Origin: Dehalococcoidia bacterium
GTDB lineage: Bacteria > Chloroflexota > Dehalococcoidia > Lucifugimonadales > CAJWER01
Assembly (NCBI GenBank): GCA_963666125.1
Contig: OY762633.1
Coordinates: forward strand, 120,107 to 184,106
Length of the DNA: 64,000 nt
Direction: 5' to 3'
The position numbers and the translations under genes were made by a program. This document shows positions 1 to 8,372 of the stretch, piece by piece. The notes under the pieces are model-generated. The model saw only the letters and a list, made by a program, of their open reading frames with translations. It did no database searches and was not told the origin of the DNA. Within the stretch, counting starts at the first letter, position 1. Each line of letters begins with the position of its first letter.

Positions 1-628
1 GGCGCTGACCCTGGCCGTCGTCCTGTCGCTGCCCATCGGCATAATCGCCGGACTGCGCCCCTTCACCTGGTTCGACAACGTCATCTCCGCGGTCTCGCTG
101 TTCGGCGTGGCCGCTCCCAGCTTCTGGGTCGGCCTCATGCTGATCCTGCTCTTCGCAGTCCAGCTGGGCTGGCTGCCCACGTCGGGGTACGGCCCAATTG
201 GAGAGGGCTTCCACTGGAAGTACTTCATCCTCCCGACCATCGCCCTCGGCATCCAGTACATGGGCGCGCTGACCAGGTACATGCGCTCCGGGATGCTGGA
301 CGTGATGAGCTCCGACTACATTCGTACGGCACGGGCCAAGGGGCTGCCCTACAAGACCATCGTGGGGCGGCACGCCCTGAAGAACGCGATGCTCTCGGTG
401 GTCACGGTTATAGCCCTCGACATGGGGTCGCTGCTGGCGGGAGCGCTGGTCACCGAGACCGTCTTCAGGTGGCCCGGCGTGGGACTGCTGCTGGTGGACT
501 CGATCCAGGGGCGGGACTACGCGATAGTGCAGATGATCGTCCTGATCACGTCGGTCTTCTACGTGACGGTCAACCTGCTGGCTGACATCGGGTATGGTTA
601 TCTCGACCCGAGGATACGCTACGAATGA
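1..628 (+). CDS. Peptide/nickel ABC transporter permease (DppB/OppB family), 5'-truncated by window edge
   Basis: EAA-type loop DYIRTARAKGL, VTETVFRWPGVG, C-terminal YLDPRIRY; frame open upstream of 107. Confidence 0.9.
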   Translation, partial: ALTLAVVLSLPIGIIAGLRPFTWFDNVISAVSLFGVAAPSFWVGLMLILLFAVQLGWLPTSGYGPIGEGFHWKYFILPTIALGIQYMGALTRYMRSGMLDVMSSDYIRTARAKGLPYKTIVGRHALKNAMLSVVTVIALDMGSLLAGALVTETVFRWPGVGLLLVDSIQGRDYAIVQMIVLITSVFYVTVNLLADIGYGYLDPRIRYE

Positions 629-1545
629 GCGAGCCGACCCAAGAAGGCACCGGGGTGCTGGCAGTCGAGGAGGCCGTAGTGCGGCGTCGAGCCGGGCTGC
701 TCCGCGTCATGGTGGACAGTTTCCTGCGCAACAGGACGGCGCTGTTCGGAGTGCTGGTCATCACGGGGTTCACCGTGGCTGCAATAGCCGCCCCGTTCCT
801 GACCGACGCGGGCTGGCTGCCGGACCCGAACTTCCAGGACTACGACGCGCTCAGGCTGTCGCCGACCCTCAAGTACCCGGCGGGCACGGACACCCTGGGG
901 CGGGACAACTTCAGCCGCATAATCTACGGGGGCAGGGTCTCCCTGCAGGTGGGGCTCCTCGCCACCTTGGCCGCGGCGATTATCGGCATCACCATGGGGC
1001 TTGCGGCGGGCTACTTCGGTAGATGGATCGACAGCACCTTGATGCGCATCGTAGACGCGATTCTCGCCTTCCCAGGGCTGCTCCTGGCCATCCTCATGGT
1101 TGCGGTGCTGGGGCCGTCACTCCGGAACGCCATGCTGGCCATAGCCGTAGGCTTCATTCCGTCGTTTGCGCGAATCACGCGCGCCAACACTCTGTCCCTG
1201 CGCGAGAAGGAGTTCGTGGAGAGTTCGCGGGCTCTCGGCGCGGGCCCGTGGCGCATCATGTTCAGGACGATACTGCCGAACACCATGTCGCCGATCATCG
1301 TGCAGGCGTCGCTAGTGATGAGCTACGCGATACTGATCGAGGCCAGCCTCAGCTTCCTGGGCCTGGGCATCCAGCCGCCGACGCCATCGTGGGGCTACAT
1401 GCTCTCGGCGGGCCGAGAGTTCATCACCATAGCGTGGTGGCTGACCACGTTCCCCGGCATCGCCATTTTCCTCATCGTCCTGTCGTGGAACTTCGTGGGC
1501 GACGGTATACGCGAGGCCCTCGACCCCCGGCAGCAACGCCGGTAA
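625..1545 (+). CDS. Peptide/nickel ABC transporter permease (DppC/OppC family)
   Basis: GTDTLGRD, EFVESSRALGA, LSFLGLG, GDGIREALDPR; ATGA overlap with upstream permease. Confidence 0.92.
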   Translation: MSEPTQEGTGVLAVEEAVVRRRAGLLRVMVDSFLRNRTALFGVLVITGFTVAAIAAPFLTDAGWLPDPNFQDYDALRLSPTLKYPAGTDTLGRDNFSRIIYGGRVSLQVGLLATLAAAIIGITMGLAAGYFGRWIDSTLMRIVDAILAFPGLLLAILMVAVLGPSLRNAMLAIAVGFIPSFARITRANTLSLREKEFVESSRALGAGPWRIMFRTILPNTMSPIIVQASLVMSYAILIEASLSFLGLGIQPPTPSWGYMLSAGREFITIAWWLTTFPGIAIFLIVLSWNFVGDGIREALDPRQQRR

Positions 1546-1592
1546 GAGCCGCCCACTCCGGCAATGGGCTGCATCAGTCCGTGTGAATCGCG

Positions 1593-1625
1593 GAGCACTG
1601 GCCTTCGACAGGCTCAGGCCGAACG
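1593..1625. repeat. Intergenic repeat family X, copy 1 (GAGCACTG-GCCTTCGACAGGCTCAGGCCGAACG)
   Basis: Reverse-complement copies at 14712-14772 and 23255-23292; lies between convergent genes. Confidence 0.75.
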
Positions 1626-1634
1626 AAACTTGAG

Positions 1635-2627
1635 CTAGGCGTCGTCGCCCCAGGACGACATCTCGGCCCTCAGCTCCGGGTCGAGGCCCATAGAAAAGGC
1701 CGCCAGGGCGTTGTCGATATGCCCGGTCTCCCTCGCTCCGACGAGCACAGCAGTTATGGCCGGATGGGTCATGGACCACGCCATCGCCAGCCTCACCATG
1801 GGCACGCCCATCTCGTCGGCCTTGGCCCTCAGCCGCTCGATTATCCGAAAGTTGCGGTCGTTGAAGTAGATGTCGGCGTGGGCGGGCATGATGTCGAAGC
1901 GGGTGCCCTTGGGGATGTCCCCGTGGTCGGGCGTGTACTTGCCCGTGAAGAATCCCGCGCCCATGGGGCTGAACGGCGTGACCGAGATCCCCTCCTCGAT
2001 GCAGAGGGGGAGCAGCTCCTTCTCGTCGTCGCGCAGCCCCAGGTTGTAGCCGGGCTGGGTGATCTCGTAGCGGGGATAGCCCTTGGCGGCGCTGGTCTCC
2101 AGGGCGTGCCTGAGCTGCTCGGCGGAGTGCTGGCTGCATCCGATGACCTCGGCGCGACCGGCCTCGACCTCGTCCGCGAGGGCGCCGAGGGTCTCGTCGT
2201 CGGGCACGTCCGGGTAGGGCCGGTGGAGCTTGAAGATGTCGACGTGGTCGGTGCGCAGCCGTTCGAGGCTTTCGGCGAGGGCGCGGTGGACGTTCTCGGC
2301 GGACCCGCCCGTGCTGAACTTCGTCATCAGGATCACGTCGTCCCTGGCGCCGCGCTTCTCCATCCACCTGCCGACGATGTTCTCGGAGGAGCTCATCTCC
2401 GTGGTGACCTCGCGCTGGTCGTCGACGCCCATCGTCTCGAGCCTGATGCGCTTCGACTGGCCGCCGCCGTACGCCTCGGCCGTATCGAAGAGGGTCAGCC
2501 CCTTCTCCATCGCGTAGTCCATCACGCGGTACGAGTCGTCCTCGCTGATCTCGCGCCCGAAGGTGACGCAGCCCAGCGCGATGGCCGGGATGGTCCGGCC
2601 CGTCCTGCCCAGCGGTCTATGCTCCAA
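1635..2627 (-). CDS. Aldo/keto reductase
   Basis: LEHRPLGRTG start (TTG after AGGAG), FDTAEAYGGG, SLERLRTDHVD, PFSPMGAGFFTGKY. Confidence 0.9.
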   Translation of the reverse strand: MEHRPLGRTGRTIPAIALGCVTFGREISEDDSYRVMDYAMEKGLTLFDTAEAYGGGQSKRIRLETMGVDDQREVTTEMSSSENIVGRWMEKRGARDDVILMTKFSTGGSAENVHRALAESLERLRTDHVDIFKLHRPYPDVPDDETLGALADEVEAGRAEVIGCSQHSAEQLRHALETSAAKGYPRYEITQPGYNLGLRDDEKELLPLCIEEGISVTPFSPMGAGFFTGKYTPDHGDIPKGTRFDIMPAHADIYFNDRNFRIIERLRAKADEMGVPMVRLAMAWSMTHPAITAVLVGARETGHIDNALAAFSMGLDPELRAEMSSWGDDA

Positions 2628-2660
2628 TTGCGGCTCCTGTTCGATTGATCTGCGAGATAC

Positions 2661-2690
2661 TACCACAGAGGGCACAGAGACCACAGAGGG
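2661..2690. repeat. CACAGAG-periodic short repeat (family Y, copy 1)
   Basis: ACCACAGAG-GGCACAGAG-ACCACAGAG, 9-nt period; related inverted copy at 16083-16125. Confidence 0.55.
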
Positions 2691-2790
2691 GAAGGGTTGT
2701 GGGGATCCGGGAAAGGGTTCGCGTGCTGCTTGACAGGTTTGGGGCGCGGCGTGAAAATTCGGCGGGGTTGGTAAGCTTGCAGGGCGAGGT

Positions 2791-3777
2791 ATGCGGATGG
2801 GCAAAATGGCGGCGGCGGTGGTGCGGGAGCTGGGCCGGGTCGAGTGCGAGCGCGTCGCGTCGCCCGAGACGGAAGCCGGGCGCGTCCTGGTCCGCACCGC
2901 CCTCGCCTCGATCTGCGGGAGCGACCTGCACATCGCCTACCAGGGCTGGGGCGTGACCGGACTGCCGCTCCCGCCGGGCCGTCCGGGGCACGAGGGGGTC
3001 GGCGAGGTGGTGGACGGCGGCGGCACGGGGTTCGAGCCCGGCCAGGCCGTGCTCACGGTGCCCAACATACACGACTCGGCGACCTTCGCGGAGTACCAGG
3101 TTCTCGACCCCGGTAACATGGTGGCGCTACCCGACACCAGGCCGCTGTCCCACCTGCTCATGGCCCAGCAGCTAGGCACGGTGATATTCGGGTGCCGCCT
3201 CCTGCCGCCGCTGGACGGGGAGACGGTCGTGGTGATTGGCCAGGGTTCGGTCGGCCTGTTCCACGACTTCATCCTGCGGCGACTGGGGGCGGAGCGCATC
3301 ATCGCCGTCGACCCCGTCCCCGCCCGCGTGCAGGCTGCCAGGGACATGGGCGTGGACGATGCCGTCCCGGAGGCGGGCCCCGCGGCGACCGAGGCGATCC
3401 TCGATCTCACCGACGGCGAGGGCGCGGGGGTGGTGGTCGACGCGGTGGGGAGCGTCGAGACCCTGAACCAGTCCCTGGCCGTCGCAGCCGAGTGGGGCAG
3501 GGTGGCCGCCTTCGGCCTGCCCACCACCGCCGAGCCGGTGCCCTTCGACTGGGCGTCCCTGTTCCGCAAGAGCCTCACCATGCACGCCGTCCACGGGGCG
3601 CAGGATGTCCCCGGGCTGCCCGAGTTCAGGGCCGCTGTCGACCTGATCTCGAACGGGGAGATCGACATGTCCCCCTTCGTCACCCACTCGTTCCCTATCG
3701 ACCGCGTCGACCGCGCCTTCGAGCTTGCCGACTCCAAAGCGGACGGCGCGCTCAAGGTCTCGCTCACCTTCGATTGA
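2791..3777 (+). CDS. Zn-dependent medium-chain alcohol dehydrogenase
   Basis: ICGSDLH and GHEGVG catalytic-Zn motifs, VIGQGSVG Rossmann motif; no 4-Cys structural-Zn loop. Confidence 0.88.
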   Translation: MRMGKMAAAVVRELGRVECERVASPETEAGRVLVRTALASICGSDLHIAYQGWGVTGLPLPPGRPGHEGVGEVVDGGGTGFEPGQAVLTVPNIHDSATFAEYQVLDPGNMVALPDTRPLSHLLMAQQLGTVIFGCRLLPPLDGETVVVIGQGSVGLFHDFILRRLGAERIIAVDPVPARVQAARDMGVDDAVPEAGPAATEAILDLTDGEGAGVVVDAVGSVETLNQSLAVAAEWGRVAAFGLPTTAEPVPFDWASLFRKSLTMHAVHGAQDVPGLPEFRAAVDLISNGEIDMSPFVTHSFPIDRVDRAFELADSKADGALKVSLTFD

Positions 3778-3793
3778 CCGCAGTGAGGATGCC

Positions 3794-5140
3794 ATGCACG
3801 ACCTGACCATCGCACAAGCCGCCGGTTCCATAAGGGCGGGGACCGTGTCCGCCGTCGAGCTGATGGAGGCCCTGCTCGCCCGCTCGCGCGACCTGGACCC
3901 CGACCTGCGGGTCTGGGAGACCCTCGACGAGGAGGCGGCGCTGGACGCGGCCCGATCCGCCCAGGCGGAGATCGAGGGCGCCGGGCCGAGGGGGCCGCTC
4001 CACGGGGTCCCCATCGGCGTCAAGGACATCTTCAACACCGAGGGCGTCCGCACCGCCTCGGGCTCGCCCATATACGACGACTTCGTGCCGGACTTCGACT
4101 CGACCGCCGTGGCACGGCTGAAGGACGCCGGCGCGGTCATGATGGGCAAGGCGGTGACGACCGAGTTCGCGTCGTTCGATCCGTCTCCCACGCGCAACCC
4201 CTGGAACGCGGAGCACACGCCGGGCGGGTCGAGCAGCGGCTCGGCCGCCGGGGTCGCCGCCCGCCTCTTCCCGGGCGCCCTCGGCTCCCAGACCTCCGGC
4301 TCCGTGCTCCGCCCGGCCTCCTACAACGGCGTCGTGGGCGTGAAGCCGACCTTCGGGCGCATCAGCCGCTACGGCGTGACGCCCGTCGCGTGGTCGCTGG
4401 ACACGGTCGGGTACTTCACGCGCACGGTGGAGGACGCCGCGATGATGCTCGATGTGCTGGCGGGCCGCGACGACCTGGACCCGTCGTCGTCCGCGGAGCC
4501 GGTCGACGGGTACGCCGGGGCCGTTGCAGGGGCCTCGTCCGCGCCCCGCATAGGCGTGGTCCGCAGCTTCTTCTTCGACTACGCCGACGGCGAGACGGTC
4601 GCGCACACGGAGGAGGTGCTGGGGCGGCTCTCGGGCTCAGGCGCAGCCGTGGAAGACGCGTCGCCGTCCACCGACTTCGACGTACTCCTCGCGGCCCACC
4701 GCACGACCATGAACGTGGAGTCCGCCGTGACGCGGGGCGATGACTTCGCGGCCCGGCCGGACGACTTCTCGCCCAACGTGCGCAGCTCCGTAGAGTGGGG
4801 GATGCTGGCCCCGGCGACGGCCTACGTACAGGCCCAGCGTCACAGGGCCGCGTTCAGGCGCGAGGTCGCGGCCCTGGCCTCCAGGTTCGACGCGCTCCTC
4901 ACGCCGTCCACGCCGGCGCCGGCCCCCCGCGACCTGACGACCACCGGCGACGCGTCCTTCCAGGCGCCGTGGACGACGGCTGGCCTCCCGGCGATATCGA
5001 TCCCGTCGGGCCTCTCGGCGTCGGGACTGCCCTTCGGGGTACAGCTCGTGGCCGCCCCGTTCGCCGAGGCGCGCCTGCTGTCGGCGGCGGCGTGGTGCGA
5101 GGGTGTGCTCGGCAGAGGCGAGAGCCCCCGTCTGCCTTGA
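3794..5140 (+). CDS. Amidase signature family enzyme
   Basis: GPLHGVPIGVKD, PGGSSSGSAA, GSQTSGSVLRPA (Ser-cisSer-Lys triad); ATG at 3794 after GAGG. Confidence 0.92.
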   Translation: MHDLTIAQAAGSIRAGTVSAVELMEALLARSRDLDPDLRVWETLDEEAALDAARSAQAEIEGAGPRGPLHGVPIGVKDIFNTEGVRTASGSPIYDDFVPDFDSTAVARLKDAGAVMMGKAVTTEFASFDPSPTRNPWNAEHTPGGSSSGSAAGVAARLFPGALGSQTSGSVLRPASYNGVVGVKPTFGRISRYGVTPVAWSLDTVGYFTRTVEDAAMMLDVLAGRDDLDPSSSAEPVDGYAGAVAGASSAPRIGVVRSFFFDYADGETVAHTEEVLGRLSGSGAAVEDASPSTDFDVLLAAHRTTMNVESAVTRGDDFAARPDDFSPNVRSSVEWGMLAPATAYVQAQRHRAAFRREVAALASRFDALLTPSTPAPAPRDLTTTGDASFQAPWTTAGLPAISIPSGLSASGLPFGVQLVAAPFAEARLLSAAAWCEGVLGRGESPRLP

Positions 5141-5184
5141 CGTGGTGTTCGTATCTGCACTAGGATGATCATTGGAGGAAAGCT

Positions 5185-5340
5185 ATGTCTACGCTTGAAG
5201 AGCGGGTCAGCAGACTCGAAGGCGGCTATGAGCATCTGGCTACGAAGGCCGACCTGTACAGGGCCGTAGTCCAGCTCGGGCTGCTGATGACCGGTATCGT
5301 CGGTGCGGGCGTGGCTTTTCTGAAACTTACCGGCAGCTAG
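5185..5340 (+). CDS. 51-aa small protein, coiled coil plus C-terminal TM helix (ATKADL motif)
   Basis: GGAGG RBS, then MSTLEERVSRLEGGYEHLATKADLYRAVVQLGLLMTGIVGAGVAFLKLTGS*; absent from the ORF track; fills the intergenic gap. Confidence 0.75.
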   Translation: MSTLEERVSRLEGGYEHLATKADLYRAVVQLGLLMTGIVGAGVAFLKLTGS

Positions 5341-5351
5341 ACGGCCATCGG

Positions 5352-6344
5352 ATGGCTCGATACACGAAAAGCGAAGCCCGCGACTGGGCCTGGGAGACAC
5401 TGCGGGGCCAGTGGTCCACCCTCGTCACGCCCTTCGACCCCGAGGGCGACGTGGACGAGGAGGGCCTGCGCGCCAACATACGCCGCGTGCGCTCCCTCGG
5501 CACGACCGGCGCGGGGTGCACCTGGGGCATGGGCGAGTTCTGGGCGCTGACGGGCGAGGAGCGCACCCGCGTCTACGACATAGTGGCCGACGAGGCCGCG
5601 GGCGAATGGAACATAGGCGCACACGTCACCCACACGTCCGTGACCGACATGCTGGCGCTGGCCGACCACGCCGGGGCGGCCGGGTTCGACCTGCTCATCG
5701 CCGCGCCGCCCTACTTCGTGACGAAGACCGAGGAGCAGGTCGTGGAGTTCGTCCGCATCCTGGCGGAGCACACCGGCCTGGCGATCATGTTCTACAACTC
5801 GCCCCAGTTCGGCATAGTGATGAGCGCCCAGGGCCTGAGTGAGGTCTGCGCCATCCCGAACGTCGTCGGGGTGAAGGAGGCCAGCTTCGACCGCGACCTT
5901 ACCATCGAGACGCACCGGCTCATCGGCGACACGGCCATCGTGAGCGCGCCGGACGAGTGGGTGCTCTTCTCGGGGCGCGAGCTGGGCTTCCGGCAGCAGG
6001 TGATGTTCGCCAACACGTCCGACTGGCGCTTCGACACGCCGGGGTCGGCCCGCTACGTCGACTTCATCGACCGGGCGACCCGGGGCGACATCGACGACGC
6101 CATGTACGCCGAGCACATCCATCCCCTCAAGGCGCTGTCGGACCGGTGGTGGCAGCGCACGATGCAGAAGCAGAAGGGCGCGCTGCCCGTGCCGATGGTG
6201 AAGCGGTGGGGCGAGCTGATGGGCATGGCGGGCGGCGGCGTCAGGCCCCCGCTGATGGACATGACGGACGACGAAAAGCACGAGCTCGAGGCCGACCTCG
6301 CAGCGGTGAATAGCGAACGGCTGGCTGCCGTAGGTGGTGCATAG
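5352..6344 (+). CDS. DapA/NAL (dihydrodipicolinate synthase-like) family aldolase/lyase
   Basis: LVTPFD..GDVDEEGLR, MGEFWALTGEER, MFYN, VGVKEAS Schiff-base Lys. Confidence 0.88.
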   Translation: MARYTKSEARDWAWETLRGQWSTLVTPFDPEGDVDEEGLRANIRRVRSLGTTGAGCTWGMGEFWALTGEERTRVYDIVADEAAGEWNIGAHVTHTSVTDMLALADHAGAAGFDLLIAAPPYFVTKTEEQVVEFVRILAEHTGLAIMFYNSPQFGIVMSAQGLSEVCAIPNVVGVKEASFDRDLTIETHRLIGDTAIVSAPDEWVLFSGRELGFRQQVMFANTSDWRFDTPGSARYVDFIDRATRGDIDDAMYAEHIHPLKALSDRWWQRTMQKQKGALPVPMVKRWGELMGMAGGGVRPPLMDMTDDEKHELEADLAAVNSERLAAVGGA

Positions 6345-7325
6345 ATGATATTGATGGTCAGTGTCCAGAACCTTCCCGAAGCCCAGCAGGCCCTCAGGGG
6401 CGGGGCGGACATCGTGGACGTGAAGAACCTCCAGGAGGCGCTCGTAGGCTCCGCCGAGCCGGGCCTCGTGAAGCAGGTGCGGGAGACCGTGCCCTCCGCC
6501 CACCACGCCAGCGTGACACTGGGCGTCGTGCCGAACCAGGCGGGCACCGTGGCCATGGCCGTCTACACGGCCGGACTGCTCGACGCGACGTCCGTCAAGG
6601 TCGGGTTCATGCAGTCCGAGTACGACGAGGCCGTCGAGGTCCTCCGGGCGTCCAAGAGGGCGCTGGACGGCTTCGAGACGAAGCTCATCGGCTCCCTGTT
6701 CGCCGACAACCACCTGTACGACGGCCTGGAGCCGCGCCGCATGGTGGAGCTTGCCAGGGACACCGAGTGTGACGGCTGGCTCATCGACACGCTGACCAAG
6801 GACGGCCGGAACCTGTTCGACTTCATCCCCGAGCCCGAGTTGCGGGACATGGTGTACGAGGGCAAGGAGCTCGGCATGAGCACCGCCCTCTCCGGCCACC
6901 TGAAGCTCGACGACCTGGACGAGCTTGCCCGCATCAACCCCGACATCGTCGGCGTGCGCGGCGCAGTGTGCGCCAAGGGCGACCGGGTCGAGGGCGTCTA
7001 CTGGGAGGCCGTGGCCGAGTTCAAGCGGCAGCTAGACGCCAGGCGGACGGGCGAGATCGACGTGCACGACGGCGCATACGCCGTTTCGGGCAACGGGGCG
7101 GCCAGCGGCTGGATCGTCATCGACGGCACGGGCAAGTCCTGCGCCAGCATCCTCGCCGAGCTGACGGCCCAGGTCGAGGCGGACACGAAGTCCTTCGTCG
7201 AGGTGGTCATGCCGGATGTACTGAACGCCTACGATGTGCTAGTATGGGCAGAGAACGGTGGCCACAGCGTGCTCACCCAGCGCAAGGACCCCGACGGGAT
7301 GACGCGAGTGCTCATCCAGCCGTAG
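6345..7325 (+). CDS. mfnB: MfnB-family (5-formylfuran-3-yl)methyl phosphate synthase-like protein with C-terminal TusA/SirA-like domain
   Basis: GGADIVDVKN (K27), SVKVG, IDTLTKDG, ALSGHL, PDIVGVRGAVC; C-terminal ~70 aa IDGTGKSC...DVLVWAENGGHSVL. Confidence 0.78.
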   Translation: MILMVSVQNLPEAQQALRGGADIVDVKNLQEALVGSAEPGLVKQVRETVPSAHHASVTLGVVPNQAGTVAMAVYTAGLLDATSVKVGFMQSEYDEAVEVLRASKRALDGFETKLIGSLFADNHLYDGLEPRRMVELARDTECDGWLIDTLTKDGRNLFDFIPEPELRDMVYEGKELGMSTALSGHLKLDDLDELARINPDIVGVRGAVCAKGDRVEGVYWEAVAEFKRQLDARRTGEIDVHDGAYAVSGNGAASGWIVIDGTGKSCASILAELTAQVEADTKSFVEVVMPDVLNAYDVLVWAENGGHSVLTQRKDPDGMTRVLIQP

Positions 7326-7353
7326 CGGTCCCGGCCGCACCGATTCTTCGCAA

Positions 7354-7430
7354 GGGCCAGTAGCTCAGCCGGTTAGAGCGCAGTCCTGATAAGACTGAGG
7401 TCCCTGGTTCGAGTCCAGGCTGGCCCACCA
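7354..7430 (+). tRNA. tRNA-Ile(GAT)
   Basis: Acceptor stem GGGCCAG/CTGGCCC, anticodon arm CAGTC-CTGATAA-GACTG, GGTTCGAGTCC T-loop, encoded CCA. Confidence 0.97.
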
Positions 7431-7565
7431 ACGTATACGGTAGACAGAACCGTCTTCGAGCTTTGGCTCGGGGGTCTCTGATCTCAGGCACTGACCACTT
7501 CAAACAAACGCAAGGTTGAAGGTATGCCGGGGAAGACCGCGCCGATCACGGGGAGTGACCCATCC

Positions 7566-8324
7566 ATGACCAAGCACACTGAACACGTGCGCGCCCTCGA
7601 TGTCGAGGGCGCATACAACGTCCGCGACCTCGGAGGATACGAGACCCGCGACGGCAGGATGACCCGCTGGGGCAGGTACCTTCGGGCGGACACCTTGGCG
7701 AATCTCAGTCCCGCGGGCGTAAACACTCTCCTCGAATACGGCATCAAGAACATCATCGACCTGCGCCGCAGCATCGACCTGCAATTCAGGCCGAGCCCCT
7801 TTATTGGCAATGAGGCCGTCACCTACTACCATCAGAACATGGCAGGCGACGTGGCCCTCGAGGGTAGGGAGGTGATCGACGGAATCGAGGACCTTGCTGA
7901 GCGGCGGGGCAGGGGGTACTGCTACATACTCGAACAGAGAAAGCACATCCTCCACCAGATATTCTCGGTTCTTGCCAGCCCGGGCGGCCTCCCAGTCCTC
8001 GTCCACTGTAACGCGGGCAAGGACAGGGCCGGAATCTCTGCCGCATTCGTGCTGGATATCTGTGGCGTTCCTCGCGAGACCATCATCGAGGACTACGCCC
8101 TCACCGCGCGGTACCTGGTGCGGCGCCACTACAAAGACAATCCTGACGTGGATCCTGACGTATACACCTGGCGGGAATACCAGAACGACGCGTGCCATCC
8201 TCACAGCATGCAAATCACCCTCGACCACCTCGACAGGATGTACGGAGGCGTCGAGGGCTACCTGCGGGACACCGGCATCACCGACGACCAGGTCGCCGCC
8301 ATCAAGGAGGCAATGACTGAATGA
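7566..8324 (+). CDS. Protein tyrosine/serine phosphatase (PtpB/Y_phosphatase3-like)
   Basis: YNVRDLGGY, IIDLR, P-loop HCNAGKDRAG, YGGVEGYL; alternative start 7524. Confidence 0.9.
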   Translation: MTKHTEHVRALDVEGAYNVRDLGGYETRDGRMTRWGRYLRADTLANLSPAGVNTLLEYGIKNIIDLRRSIDLQFRPSPFIGNEAVTYYHQNMAGDVALEGREVIDGIEDLAERRGRGYCYILEQRKHILHQIFSVLASPGGLPVLVHCNAGKDRAGISAAFVLDICGVPRETIIEDYALTARYLVRRHYKDNPDVDPDVYTWREYQNDACHPHSMQITLDHLDRMYGGVEGYLRDTGITDDQVAAIKEAMTE

Positions 8325-8372
8325 GCGCCAGAAATCTCATCGAAGTCGACCCCAGATGGGCATAGGCTCGTC

